From assembly GCA_029856155.1 (NCBI GenBank), contig JAHQWL010000092.1:21489-85488 (forward strand): 64,000 nucleotides of DNA. Direction: 5' to 3'. Shown piece after piece: positions 1 to 10,197 of this stretch. Origin of the DNA: Promethearchaeia archaeon (GTDB lineage Archaea; Asgardarchaeota; Lokiarchaeia; Sigyniarchaeales; SOKP01). How positions within the stretch are numbered: the first letter of the stretch is position 1; each line of letters begins with the position of its first letter. The translations under genes and the position numbers were made by a program. The notes below the pieces were generated by a model. The model had not been told where the DNA came from and made no database searches. It was given only the letters and a program-made list of their open reading frames with translations.

Positions 1-843
1 ACAAATATTGAGTCTTATGTAATGGTAGGGGCGATTGTAACTATTACCTGTATTATTATTTGTCTTTTAATGATATACGGTATGCGTGAGAATCGGCAAA
101 TGATTGATAGAACATTTCTCATAGATGACATAAACATGCCTAAAGAGAACTATTTTATTAAACTCAAACATGCGTTAAAACAAAAGAATTATATATCATA
201 TCTATTTGCTTATTTAGCTCAAACTACAGTAATGGTTCTCATGCTGGCATCGATTCCTTATTGGGTCCAATATGTTATGCGGATTGATCCATTTTATGAA
301 ATGGTAATTCTAATGGCATTTCTTTTAGCAAGTGTAATTTCTGCTCCATTTTGGATCTATATAGCTAGGAAATTTGGCAACAGAATAGGTTATATGTGTG
401 GAACAGGGGGTACTGCTACATTTTTAATTCTTACATTTTTCATTTGGGAATTTCCTTTAGTTATATTTGGATTTTTATTGATTGGCTTTAGTATGGGAGC
501 AACTTGGAGTTTGATTTATGCCACTTTTTCAGATGTTATTGATGAAATTGTTATAAAAACAGGTAAAAGAGAAGAAGGGATTTATTATGGATTTAGGACT
601 TTCATTGGCCGTTTTTCTATTGTAGTTCAAGCTCTAACATTTGGAATAATACATACTCTTACAAATTTCGATCCAACTGCTTCAAGCCAATCTATACAAG
701 CACAATGGGGAATTAATATTGGAATGTTTACTGTTCCAGCACTTTTTTATCTTATCGGATTTCTCTTCATGTGGAGAATCTATGATTTGAAACCTAGCAA
801 AGTCTTGTTAAATAAACAAAAGCTTGTTGAATTAAATCTTTGA
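1..843 (+). CDS. MFS transporter, glycoside-pentoside-hexuronide (MelB-like) family; 5' truncated by the window edge
   Basis: Frame is open from base 1; multiple TM helices; GPH-type motif 'FSDVIDE...TGKREEGIYYG'. Confidence 0.8.
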   Translation, partial: TNIESYVMVGAIVTITCIIICLLMIYGMRENRQMIDRTFLIDDINMPKENYFIKLKHALKQKNYISYLFAYLAQTTVMVLMLASIPYWVQYVMRIDPFYEMVILMAFLLASVISAPFWIYIARKFGNRIGYMCGTGGTATFLILTFFIWEFPLVIFGFLLIGFSMGATWSLIYATFSDVIDEIVIKTGKREEGIYYGFRTFIGRFSIVVQALTFGIIHTLTNFDPTASSQSIQAQWGINIGMFTVPALFYLIGFLFMWRIYDLKPSKVLLNKQKLVELNL

Positions 844-1119
844 TTTCGAACGATCTTTTTTATATCTTTTTCAATTTTTTTATTAGTTAATTATTTCAGA
901 GATTTGAATGAAAAATTGAAAATAGATTACCATATTAGAAAAAAAGTGAATAGATATCTTAGAAAACATTTCTTTTTTTGAAAAATTTAGGGTATCATAA
1001 TAAAAAAGGGATCAATTTCCCATATTAATTATGTAAGAAAAATTTATTAGAAAAAGGAATCTAAATAAATTATCTTTTTTTATGAAATTGTTGTAGAAAA
1101 TAAGAAGAGTTAGAGAATT

Positions 1120-2409
1120 TTGGCACAGAAAAATATCTTTGAATATGATGCTAAAAAACTTTTAGCAAAAGAATTACCAAAATATTATCCAAACTTTAAT
1201 TATCATAATAAACTGGCTGTTATTGAAAGTACCACAAATTTAGATAAGTTAGCAGATGAAAATCCTTGGATTAAATCTGAAAAAGTAGTAGTTAAACCTG
1301 ATCAACTATTTGGAAAAAGAGGTAAAGCCAAACTTTTATTATTAGATGCTGATCTTAACCAAGTAAAAAAATTCTGTAAAGAGAATTTAAATAAAGAATT
1401 TCTAATCGGTAATGTCAAAGGAGAATTAAATCGATTGTTAGTTGAACCTTTTATACCACATGAAAAAGAATATTATGTATCCATCACCTCAGAGAGAGAT
1501 AATGATGTCATTCACTTTAGTTTTGAAGGAGGTATTTTTATCGAGGAAAATTGGGATAAGGTTACCCACATTAAAATTCCAATTAGCACAGATATAAATA
1601 CTTTTGATTTAGAGAACAAATTACCTAATTTAGGCGATTTAAAGGCATTTTTAATACCATTTATAAAAGGATTATATCAAGTATATATAGACCAGGATTT
1701 TTCGTTTCTTGAAATAAATCCATTTGCGATTGATAAAGATAAAAAGATTGTTCCTTTAGATGTAAAAGCTCGATTAGATGATACTGCTGCGTTTTTGCAT
1801 GTTGACACTTGGGGCAATCCGGAGCACCCTATTGAATTTCCAGCGGGTTTTGGTCAGAAAATGAGTGCTGAAGAAATTAAAATTAAAGAACTTGATGAAA
1901 AAACAGGAGCTTCACTTAAATTGACTATCTTAAATCGAGAAGGTCGTGTCTGGACGATGGTAGCTGGAGGTGGAGCAAGTGTTATTTATACTGATACTAT
2001 AGCAGATCTTGGTTTTTCAGAAGAATTGGGTAATTATGGAGAATATTCAGGTAATCCTTCCCAAGAACATACTGAAATTTATGCTCAAACTGTCATTGAT
2101 ATCATTACAGAAAAACCAGATCCTAAAGGGAGAGAAAAATATTTAATAATTGGAGGAGGAATTGCAAATTTTACTGACGTGAAGGCTACTTTTGGAGGCA
2201 TAGTTAGAGCGATAAAGAATTCAGTTGATAAATTAAAGAAAGCAAATGTGAAAATCTTAGTTCGCAGAGGCGGTCCTAATGAAAAACAAGGTTTAGAGTT
2301 AATGAGAAAAGTTGGAGAAGAAACAGGGATTCCTATTGATATTTACGATCGATATAGTAGTATGACGCGTCCTGTATCTCGAATGATTGAAAAAATGAGA
2401 GGTGAATAA
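1120..2409 (+). CDS. aclB: ATP-citrate lyase beta subunit (ATP-grasp plus citrate-binding domain)
   Basis: TTG start; motifs 'VVKPDQLFGKRGK', 'WTMVAGGGASVIY', 'NYGEYSG', 'GGGIANFTDV', 'VRRGGPN'. Confidence 0.93.
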   Translation: MAQKNIFEYDAKKLLAKELPKYYPNFNYHNKLAVIESTTNLDKLADENPWIKSEKVVVKPDQLFGKRGKAKLLLLDADLNQVKKFCKENLNKEFLIGNVKGELNRLLVEPFIPHEKEYYVSITSERDNDVIHFSFEGGIFIEENWDKVTHIKIPISTDINTFDLENKLPNLGDLKAFLIPFIKGLYQVYIDQDFSFLEINPFAIDKDKKIVPLDVKARLDDTAAFLHVDTWGNPEHPIEFPAGFGQKMSAEEIKIKELDEKTGASLKLTILNREGRVWTMVAGGGASVIYTDTIADLGFSEELGNYGEYSGNPSQEHTEIYAQTVIDIITEKPDPKGREKYLIIGGGIANFTDVKATFGGIVRAIKNSVDKLKKANVKILVRRGGPNEKQGLELMRKVGEETGIPIDIYDRYSSMTRPVSRMIEKMRGE

Positions 2410-2412
2410 TAA

Positions 2413-4248
2413 ATGGAAAGTTATGAATTATTTAATGAAGATACACAAGCTATAATATACGGACTTCAAGCAGCTCCAGTGCAGAGAATGCTGGATTTTG
2501 ATTATGTATGTAGACGAAAAAAACCTTCTGTTGCAGCTATGATTCAACCTACTCAAGATGGAGCAGTAGCTTATCATAAAGCTTTTTGGGGTAGTAAAGA
2601 AATTGTTATTCCTGTTTATAAAACACTTAATATGGCAATTAAAAAGCATCCTAATGCAGATGTAATAATCAATTTTGCATCGTTTCGATCCGCTTATGAT
2701 ACAAGTAAAGAAGCACTTGAATCAAACACAATTCGAGTTATTACAATAATTGCAGAAGGCATGCCAGAAAGGCAAAGTCAATTATTGAATAAAATTGCCA
2801 AAGAACGAAATAAAGTTATTATTGGTCCTGCTACCGTCGGTGGAATTAAAGCTGGAGCATTTAAAATTGGTAATACTGCAGGAACTTTAGAAAATATTAT
2901 TTTATCAAAATTATATCGTACTGGTTCTGTTGGGTTTGTATCCAAATCTGGTGGTTTAAGCAATGAAATGAACTTTATGATTGCTGAAAATACAGATGGT
3001 GTTTATGAATCTATTGCGATTGGGGGAGATCGATACCCTGGTTCTCAATTAATAGATCATCTTTTGCGCTATGAAGAAAATCCTAAAATTAAAATGCTAG
3101 TTTGTTTAGGAGAAATTGGTGGAACAGAAGAATACGAAATTGTTAATGCCTTAAAAACGGGAAAGATTAAAAAGCCACTTGTTATATGGGTTACTGGTAC
3201 CGCAGCTAGGATTCTCCCGAAGGGATTGCAGTTCGGACACGCTGGTGCGATGGCTGGTACCTCTAAAGAAACCGCAGAAGCTAAAAACCAAGCTCTTAAG
3301 GAAGCAGGAGCACTTGTTCCTGAATCTTATGAAGATTTTGATAAGCTAATTAAAAAAACTTATGAAAAGCTAGTACAAGAAGGAAAAATAACACCAGCTA
3401 AAGAAGAGGAGCCTCCTAAAATTCCTACTGATTTCAATGAAGCGGTAAGATTAGGATTAGTTAGAAGACCTTCTGATGTTGTCGTAACTATCAGTGATGA
3501 TCGAGGGGATGTTCCTACGTTTGCAGGAGTTGGATTAGATGAAATAGTTAGGAATAATCGATCAATTGGGTATGTTATTGGGCTTCTATGGTTCAAACGA
3601 GAATTGCCTGAGTTTGCTCAACAGTTTATTGAAATGGTAATTAAGTTAACTGCAGATCATGGGCCAGCGGTTAGTGGTGCTCATAATGCCATAATAACTG
3701 CCCGAGCTGGGAAAGATCTTATGTCAGCTTTAGCTAGTGGGATTTTAACTATCGGTCCTAGGTTTGGAGGGGCAATATCCGATGCTGCGAAATATATTAG
3801 GGAAGCCTTACAAAAGAGAATAACGCCACCTGCATTCATTAAATATATGAAGGATGTTGTAAAAGTTAATATTCCGGGAATAGGTCATCGAATTAAATCA
3901 GTTCAAAATCCAGATGTGAGAGTTGAATTACTTAAGGAATTTGTATTTAAAAATTTTAAAGAGCATCCACACCTAGATTTTGCTTTAGAAGTAGAAAAAT
4001 TAACCACGTCTAAAAGGAATAATCTGATATTAAATGTTGACGGGTGTATAGGGATTACATTTTTAGACTTGTTAGAAAACTTAGATTTTACACAAGAAGA
4101 AATTGAAGATGTTATATATAGTGAAGCATTGAATGGATTGTTTGTTCTTGGACGTTCAATAGGGATGATGGGTCATGTATTTGACCAAAAAAGACAAAGA
4201 GCTGGTTTGTATAGACAACCTTGGGATGAAATTTTATTTAGCGAGTAA
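2413..4248 (+). CDS. aclA: ATP-citrate lyase alpha subunit
   Basis: 'QRMLDFDY', 'IIGPATVGG', phospho-His 'QFGHAGA', citryl-CoA lyase domain 'ADHGPAVSGAHN' and 'PGIGHRIKS'; GAGGTGA RBS upstream. Confidence 0.95.
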   Translation: MESYELFNEDTQAIIYGLQAAPVQRMLDFDYVCRRKKPSVAAMIQPTQDGAVAYHKAFWGSKEIVIPVYKTLNMAIKKHPNADVIINFASFRSAYDTSKEALESNTIRVITIIAEGMPERQSQLLNKIAKERNKVIIGPATVGGIKAGAFKIGNTAGTLENIILSKLYRTGSVGFVSKSGGLSNEMNFMIAENTDGVYESIAIGGDRYPGSQLIDHLLRYEENPKIKMLVCLGEIGGTEEYEIVNALKTGKIKKPLVIWVTGTAARILPKGLQFGHAGAMAGTSKETAEAKNQALKEAGALVPESYEDFDKLIKKTYEKLVQEGKITPAKEEEPPKIPTDFNEAVRLGLVRRPSDVVVTISDDRGDVPTFAGVGLDEIVRNNRSIGYVIGLLWFKRELPEFAQQFIEMVIKLTADHGPAVSGAHNAIITARAGKDLMSALASGILTIGPRFGGAISDAAKYIREALQKRITPPAFIKYMKDVVKVNIPGIGHRIKSVQNPDVRVELLKEFVFKNFKEHPHLDFALEVEKLTTSKRNNLILNVDGCIGITFLDLLENLDFTQEEIEDVIYSEALNGLFVLGRSIGMMGHVFDQKRQRAGLYRQPWDEILFSE

Positions 4249-4370
4249 TAATAAATAAATTACTAAAAAATCAAGATTACACAAGAATTATAAATTTTTT
4301 ATTAGGATTCCTTGAATATTTTTTATTTTTACTTTTATTTTTTCTTTTAAGAACTTATTGAATTTTGTAA

Positions 4371-4386
4371 ACTGTATATATCAAGC
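4371..4386. promoter_or_regulatory. Imperfect copy of the GCTTG-N6-CAAGC operator (ACTGTATATATCAAGC) upstream of MttB-1
   Basis: Right half-site CAAGC is intact; close to the reverse complement of the 27490 site. Confidence 0.5.
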
Positions 4387-4472
4387 ATAATAATTATTAC
4401 TACAATATCTATATTAGATTCAAGAAATCTATCATAAAAAAATAAATAGTAAATTAAAAAAAGGTAATTTAA

Positions 4473-5987
4473 ATGAGAGAAGGCGAAAAAGTCAAATTTC
4501 CTGGTATGAAAAGGATGTGGAGAATATTCACAAAAGAAGAATTGGAAGTAGTAGATAATGCTGCTTATAATATTTTAAGCGAAATGGGTGTTCATATTGA
4601 TGATAAAGAATGTATAGAGTATCTTAAAGAGACTCCAGTTGAGATCGATGAGAAAGAACTCATCGTGAAGTTTCCTGAGTATTGGGTTCGAGAAATGATC
4701 GGTCGTGCCCCAAGAACTTATTTACTTGCGGGAAGAGATCCAAAAAGAGATTTACATGTGACAAGCCCTCAAAGAGACTTTTATGCTTTAATTACAAGCG
4801 GATCTACAAAATATTATGAATGGGATGATACTGCTAATAAATGGATTTCTAAAATACCTGGGGAGGAAGAAGTGATAAAAGCATTTAAAATGGTCGATGG
4901 TTTAGACCAATATGAAGGATTTTTTGGTACACTTCTGGAAGATGTTAAAAAAACACAACAAGGTCTTCCTGCGGAACTTCACACTTTATATAATAAAATG
5001 AAATATTCAACTAAATTTGGAGGGCCTACTGCTATTACGGAAGGAGGTCTTGCTGAATGGGATTATGTAGGAAAGCTAGCCGCTGAAGTTCAAGGTGGTT
5101 TCGATGAATTGACAAAACGTCCCATAATCGCAGGATTACCAACATGCATCGGGCCTTTGACAAGCACTCGGCAGAATTTCTGGGCAGCTGTAGGAAGTGC
5201 AAAGTATCATTTACCTACATTCCCATATTGGGGAGGGATTTCCCCATTTACTGCTCCAGCAACAGCACTTGGACAAGTTGTACTAGCTGTTGCTTGTTGT
5301 CACTATGCCATGGCAGTCTCTCAATATCTTGATCCTGGGACAGCCACTTGTCCATGGCCGATGTGTACATCAACTGATCCTAATACTGGTCAATTAGCAG
5401 GTATTCCTTCAGCTAGATACGTTCATGCAATGGGAATGCAACTTTATCAAGATCTATATAATCTTGTAGTTTCGCAGTGTTCTTATTGTTTAACAACTTC
5501 TCTAGATGAAGCTGCTACTGCATGGTTATCTTCAGTTTCAACTAATACTTTGCTAGGGGGAAATATAGTACAATTTGGAACAACACCCCAAGCATTTATG
5601 TTTGAAACAATACCAATAGGAGCAACCCTTTTGGATTTGGTTAGAGGGTCACTTTTTGCACAGAATGAATTTATTTCCAGATTTGATGATGAACATCTCG
5701 CTTTGGATGTGATCAAAGAAGTAGGGCCAAAGGGTATGTTTACCACCCATCCACATACATTAAAATGGATAGATCCTGCAAAAGGATTATATTGGCGCGC
5801 AAAAGATTGGATTCATGAACATGCTGATCAATGGCTTGCTAAAGGTGCAAAAAGTTGGGTATATGACACCTGTCGACAGCGTTTAAAAGAGTTGGAAAAG
5901 CACGAACCAGAACCAATAGCAAAAGATGTAGATGAGCGTTGTAATGCTTTATTAAAACAAGCAGATGAAGAACTGGCACTCTTTTAA
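4473..5987 (+). CDS. Trimethylamine methyltransferase (MttB) superfamily, non-pyrrolysine, copy 1
   Basis: N-term 'AAYNILSEMGV...VKFPEYWVREMIGRAP..YLLAGRDPKRDL'; C-term 'LALDVIKEVGPKGMFTTHPHT'; no in-frame TAG. Confidence 0.85.
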   Translation: MREGEKVKFPGMKRMWRIFTKEELEVVDNAAYNILSEMGVHIDDKECIEYLKETPVEIDEKELIVKFPEYWVREMIGRAPRTYLLAGRDPKRDLHVTSPQRDFYALITSGSTKYYEWDDTANKWISKIPGEEEVIKAFKMVDGLDQYEGFFGTLLEDVKKTQQGLPAELHTLYNKMKYSTKFGGPTAITEGGLAEWDYVGKLAAEVQGGFDELTKRPIIAGLPTCIGPLTSTRQNFWAAVGSAKYHLPTFPYWGGISPFTAPATALGQVVLAVACCHYAMAVSQYLDPGTATCPWPMCTSTDPNTGQLAGIPSARYVHAMGMQLYQDLYNLVVSQCSYCLTTSLDEAATAWLSSVSTNTLLGGNIVQFGTTPQAFMFETIPIGATLLDLVRGSLFAQNEFISRFDDEHLALDVIKEVGPKGMFTTHPHTLKWIDPAKGLYWRAKDWIHEHADQWLAKGAKSWVYDTCRQRLKELEKHEPEPIAKDVDERCNALLKQADEELALF

Positions 5988-6109
5988 TGAGTGAATAATT
6001 TAATATAATTTCTATTTTTTTTATTGATTTTCCTTTTTTTTAAATAGATTTAACCTTTAAAACAAGTATAAATTTTATTTAATACACCATAAAAGAGAAT
6101 ATAAATAAT

Positions 6110-6125
6110 GCTTGAAATAGCAAGC
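6110..6125. promoter_or_regulatory. Palindromic operator GCTTGAAATAGCAAGC
   Basis: Perfect GCTTG-N6-CAAGC (extends to TGCTTG..CAAGCA) upstream of the small B12-binding gene. Confidence 0.75.
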
Positions 6126-6223
6126 AAATAATATTTATGGTATTTCTTCCAATCGTCCTCTAATGTCATAGGAAATTAGATATTTCTAAATTTAAAATAC
6201 ATACTTATTTTAATTCTTTAAAT

Positions 6224-6604
6224 ATGGAAAAAATAGACATTATAATAGGAAATGTAAAAGACGAGATCCATAACATTGCAAAGACTATACTTGTGAAAGA
6301 GATTGAAAAAATTGGTCTTAACGCATTGGATTTAGGAATTTCAGTTCCAGTCGAAAAGTTTGTCGAGAAAATTAAGGAAACAGATGTAAAAATATTGGTA
6401 CTTACTGGATTACTCAACTCTGCCCCAGAGTACATGAGGCAAATTAGTAAAAAGCTTCGAGAGGAAGGGATAAGAGATGATGTGAAAATTCTTATCGGTG
6501 GACCTAATGTTAACGAAGATTGGTTGAAAAGATCAGAAGCAGATGCTTTTGCGAATAATATTTCAGAGGGAATCAAAATATTATGTTCTTGGAAAGATAG
6601 GTAG
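6224..6604 (+). CDS. Stand-alone cobalamin-binding domain protein (no four-helix cap)
   Basis: Degenerate DxHxxG ('DEIHNIA'), 'DLGISVPVEKFV', 'ILIGG', 'ADAFANN'. Confidence 0.8.
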   Translation: MEKIDIIIGNVKDEIHNIAKTILVKEIEKIGLNALDLGISVPVEKFVEKIKETDVKILVLTGLLNSAPEYMRQISKKLREEGIRDDVKILIGGPNVNEDWLKRSEADAFANNISEGIKILCSWKDR

Positions 6605-6663
6605 TTTTTCCTAAAAACTAAATTAAAATTTTGTTTTATTATTTTTCAATAAAGATGAGATTA

Positions 6664-7308
6664 TCATTTAAATATTGAATTAAATATTGTTTTTTCTATT
6701 TTTCTAATATGCTCGGTGATTGCACTTTGAGAAATGCCGAAATGTTCTGCTAAATCTGAGGAATTAATCTTACGGGGTATTTCAAAATATCCATTCTCTA
6801 CTGCGTAATATATTATTTCTTTTTGACGCTCAGTTAATAACAGAGAAAGATGTTTCGCATCTGGAACAATTGTAGAGATGTTAAGTATTTTAAAATCATT
6901 TCCATATCTATTTACTTGATCTTCTATGAGTTGATCAATGGTATCAACATCAGCTATCATAGACGTGATTAATTGATTGCCTTCCTTAATTAAAGGCGGT
7001 TCTATCAAGATATTAAGGTTTGAGAATAGTTGTTTCATCTCATCGACCCACTGATGTTTAATAATACAAACATACTCTTTTTTATTTTTATCTTCTGCTA
7101 TAACTTCTATATAATCAATTCCAAATTGGCCCTCTAGCTCTTTAGGATGAAAATTAGGGTCTTTAAATTTAAGCTTATTAGTACCATACATCATATTTTC
7201 GCTTAATCGATGAACTTGAACTAATTCATAACCATCAAGTAAATCGAATAATTCTTTATATTCATCCGGAAGAGGAGCTTTATATACAAGCTTTTTTAGT
7301 CGTTTCAT
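6664..7308 (-). CDS. HTH-10 (Bat-like) archaeal transcriptional regulator, copy 1
   Basis: C-term 'LTERQKEII..AVENGYFEIPRKINSSDLAEHFGISQSAITEHIRKIE'. Confidence 0.88.
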   Translation of the reverse strand: MKRLKKLVYKAPLPDEYKELFDLLDGYELVQVHRLSENMMYGTNKLKFKDPNFHPKELEGQFGIDYIEVIAEDKNKKEYVCIIKHQWVDEMKQLFSNLNILIEPPLIKEGNQLITSMIADVDTIDQLIEDQVNRYGNDFKILNISTIVPDAKHLSLLLTERQKEIIYYAVENGYFEIPRKINSSDLAEHFGISQSAITEHIRKIEKTIFNSIFK

Positions 7309-7347
7309 AGTTTAGAATTTATCTAAAAAATAAAGATATTTATAATT

Positions 7348-7363
7348 GCTTGTGTTCGCAAGC
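7348..7363. promoter_or_regulatory. Palindromic operator GCTTGTGTTCGCAAGC
   Basis: Perfect consensus in the divergent intergenic region between HTH-10 and MttB-2. Confidence 0.75.
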
Positions 7364-7436
7364 ATAATAAATTTTTGTCAAACAAATTTTATAACTTTGC
7401 TTCTATACTTAATAGAAAAAAAATCATAAAATTGAG

Positions 7437-8960
7437 ATGATTATTATTAGAGAAGGAGAAAAAGTAAAATTTCCAAGTTATGATAAATTACTACGGCTAG
7501 CAACAGAAGAACAATTAAAACTTTTTGATTCGGCAGCTTATAGAATTCTGAGTGAAATGGGTGTGCATATTGATGATAAGGAAGCTATCGAGTATTTTAA
7601 AGATACTCCCGTCGAAATTGATGAGAAAGAGCTCATTTTTAGATTTCCTGAGTACTGGGTTCGGGAAATGATCGCAAAGGCGCCATCTTCATACGTTCTT
7701 GCGGGTCGTAATCCCAAAAATGATTTACCAATTACAGGTCCCAAAAGAGATTATTATATCTTACCTGCAGCAGGAGCAACGAAACAATACAAATGGAATG
7801 AATCGTTAGATCAATGGGAATCTAGTATAACTGATTTCAACGATGTATATGAAAGTACTAAGATGATGGATGCAATTGATACGTATGAAGGACTATCTAA
7901 TAGTATAGTTGAAGATGTCAAATCTTCTCATGCAGGACTTCCAGCAGAACTACATGCTGCGTACGCAAAGTGGAAAGGAACATCTAAATTCATAGGACCA
8001 ATTGCTATAACAGAAGGGGGTACTGCTGAATGGGATTATCTTGCACAGATGGCAGCGGAAGTTCAAGGTGGTTATGATGAGTTTCGAAAACGCCCCATAA
8101 TAGGCTGTTTACCTACAGCTATTGGACCATTGACTTCTACACGACAGAATTTTTGGGCAATGGTGGGAGGAGCAAAACATCATATACCTAGCTTTCCATA
8201 TTGGGGGGGCACAGCTCCATTCACTGCACCTGCAACTCCAGCGTCACAAATAGCTTTATCACTGGCATGTACTCATTATGGAATTGCCGTGTCGCAATAT
8301 TTGTCTCCTGGAACAGCTGCACTGCCCTGGGTAATATGTACAGCAGTTGATCCGAATTCCGGACAACTAGCTCAAGCTCCAATGTTTTTACTAACTCATG
8401 GAATTGGAAATCAAGTGTACCAAGATTTATATGGTATTGCTACATTTGGATGTGCCCATGCCTTAAATGGTTCCTTAGAAGAAGTTGCTACTGGCTGGAT
8501 GACAAATCTACTTACATTGACTCTTATGGGTTTGAATGTTCTTCAATTTGGAGGCCCTCCAAATGCATTTATGTGGGAAGCCTTACCGATGGGTGAATCA
8601 ATCGTTAATTATGTAAAACAATTTTTATTCAATATGAATAATAGCTTATTTCCTGAGGATGAGGATGCCTTGTCACTTAAAACAATTCTGGAAGTGGGAC
8701 CAAAAGGAAGATTTGCTACTCATCCACATACCTTAAAATATATTGATCCCAAGAAGGGATTATATTGGTATTCTAAAGATTGGATTCATGAACATTCGGA
8801 TCAGTGGTTAGCAAAAGGAGGAAAACGTTGGGCATATGACACTTGTAGAGAACGATTGAAAGAGTTGGCAAAGCACGAACCTGAACCTTTAGGAAAGGAT
8901 GTTGAGGAACGACTTCAGTCAATATTGAAAGAAGCAGATGAGGAATTAGCATTATTCTAA
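7437..8960 (+). CDS. MttB superfamily methyltransferase, non-pyrrolysine, copy 2
   Basis: Clear paralog of 4473..5987 (shared 'GLPAELH', 'GPLTSTRQNFWA', 'FPYWGG', 'DWIHEH'). Confidence 0.85.
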   Translation: MIIIREGEKVKFPSYDKLLRLATEEQLKLFDSAAYRILSEMGVHIDDKEAIEYFKDTPVEIDEKELIFRFPEYWVREMIAKAPSSYVLAGRNPKNDLPITGPKRDYYILPAAGATKQYKWNESLDQWESSITDFNDVYESTKMMDAIDTYEGLSNSIVEDVKSSHAGLPAELHAAYAKWKGTSKFIGPIAITEGGTAEWDYLAQMAAEVQGGYDEFRKRPIIGCLPTAIGPLTSTRQNFWAMVGGAKHHIPSFPYWGGTAPFTAPATPASQIALSLACTHYGIAVSQYLSPGTAALPWVICTAVDPNSGQLAQAPMFLLTHGIGNQVYQDLYGIATFGCAHALNGSLEEVATGWMTNLLTLTLMGLNVLQFGGPPNAFMWEALPMGESIVNYVKQFLFNMNNSLFPEDEDALSLKTILEVGPKGRFATHPHTLKYIDPKKGLYWYSKDWIHEHSDQWLAKGGKRWAYDTCRERLKELAKHEPEPLGKDVEERLQSILKEADEELALF

Positions 8961-8977
8961 AGCGAGGTGAATAAAAA

Positions 8978-9646
8978 ATGGCAAGTAAAGAAGAAATCAT
9001 TAATGGAATGAAAGACGCTATTATAACCTACAATAAAGCACAATGTTTAGAGCTCGCCAAGCAAGGGATTGCAGAAAAAGTAAAATCTTTAGAATTAATA
9101 CAAGAAGGACTAACTCCTGCAATACAGGAACTCGGAGAGAAATTCGGAAGAGGTGAGATTGCTCTTCCATATCTCATGGTGGGCGCAGAAGCTATGCAAG
9201 AAGCTCTTAATTACATCTTGGAAACCATGCCTAAAGGAGAATATAAACCGAAAGCAAAAATGGTACTCGGGACCGTAAAAGGAGATATTCATGATTTAGG
9301 AATTAGTATCGTAGAAGCTGTGTTTCAAGCTAATGGAATCCAAGTGTATAATCTCGGTCGCGATAATCCCAAAGAAAAGTTTGTGGAAAAGGCAGAAGCT
9401 GAAGAGGCAGACATTATCGGTACGTCAGCCTTGCTCACAGGTACTATGTTCGAGCAGAAAGTTGTTATCGAATATTTAAAGAAGCAAGGACTCCGAGACA
9501 AATATATCTATCTGATTGGAGGAGGTGCTTGTCCTTCCAGCGAATGGTGTGATGAGATCGGTGCAGATGGATGGGCTACTGATGTTATGCTCGGGCTCGA
9601 TGCTGCTAAAAAAGCTTTAGCAGAAAAGAAGGGAATAGAAATTTAA
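8978..9646 (+). CDS. Corrinoid protein (MttC/MtgC-like; cap plus B12-binding domain), copy 1
   Basis: 'GTVKGDIHDLG' (DxHxxG), 'IIGTSALLT', 'IGGG', 'IGADG'; GAGGTGA RBS. Confidence 0.92.
   Translation: MASKEEIINGMKDAIITYNKAQCLELAKQGIAEKVKSLELIQEGLTPAIQELGEKFGRGEIALPYLMVGAEAMQEALNYILETMPKGEYKPKAKMVLGTVKGDIHDLGISIVEAVFQANGIQVYNLGRDNPKEKFVEKAEAEEADIIGTSALLTGTMFEQKVVIEYLKKQGLRDKYIYLIGGGACPSSEWCDEIGADGWATDVMLGLDAAKKALAEKKGIEI
9233..9330 (+). repeat. 98-bp exact direct repeat, second copy at 14760-14857, inside the duplicated corrinoid genes
   Basis: Manual alignment at offset 5527. Confidence 0.85.
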
Positions 9647-9699
9647 ATTTTATTTTTTTATAAATAAATAATAAAAATGATAAAAAAGTAATGTAAAAG

Positions 9700-10032
9700 A
9701 TGGTTGATGTACAAGAAGGATTTGAATTAATGAAGAAATATTTTAAACCAGAAGTTGCTAAAGAATTTAAGAAGAAAGTGGCTGTTCAATATAATATTAA
9801 AGGTCCAGGTGGAGGTACATGGCAAGTAATCTTTGACAGTGGTAATATGGATATTGTTGAAGGAGAGAAGGAAAATGCTATTCTTAAATTTAACTATGAC
9901 GCTGTAGAGAGCTTTATAGGCATTCAAAAAGGAGAGATTGATGGTATACAAGCATATACTATGGGAAAACTCCAAATCGAGGGCCCTATACCTCTAGCTC
10001 AAAAACTTGCAGACATTTTTAAACGTGAATAG
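9700..10032 (+). CDS. SCP2 sterol/lipid-binding domain protein, copy 1
   Basis: 'VQYNIKGPGGGTW', 'GEIDGIQAYTMGKLQIEGPIPLAQKL' match the SCP2 signature. Confidence 0.85.
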   Translation: MVDVQEGFELMKKYFKPEVAKEFKKKVAVQYNIKGPGGGTWQVIFDSGNMDIVEGEKENAILKFNYDAVESFIGIQKGEIDGIQAYTMGKLQIEGPIPLAQKLADIFKRE

Positions 10033-10197
10033 TAAAATATTTATCAATTTTTTTTATTTTTTTGATTTTAAAACCCTAATTTTTAAGGCAAGACGTTTAC
10101 ATTTTTCGAGATTAGTTTTTGAATAATTAATGAGAAATTTAAACAAAAAAAGTGAAATTTCAAGAATTTAATAGTAAAAATATTTAAGTTACCTATT

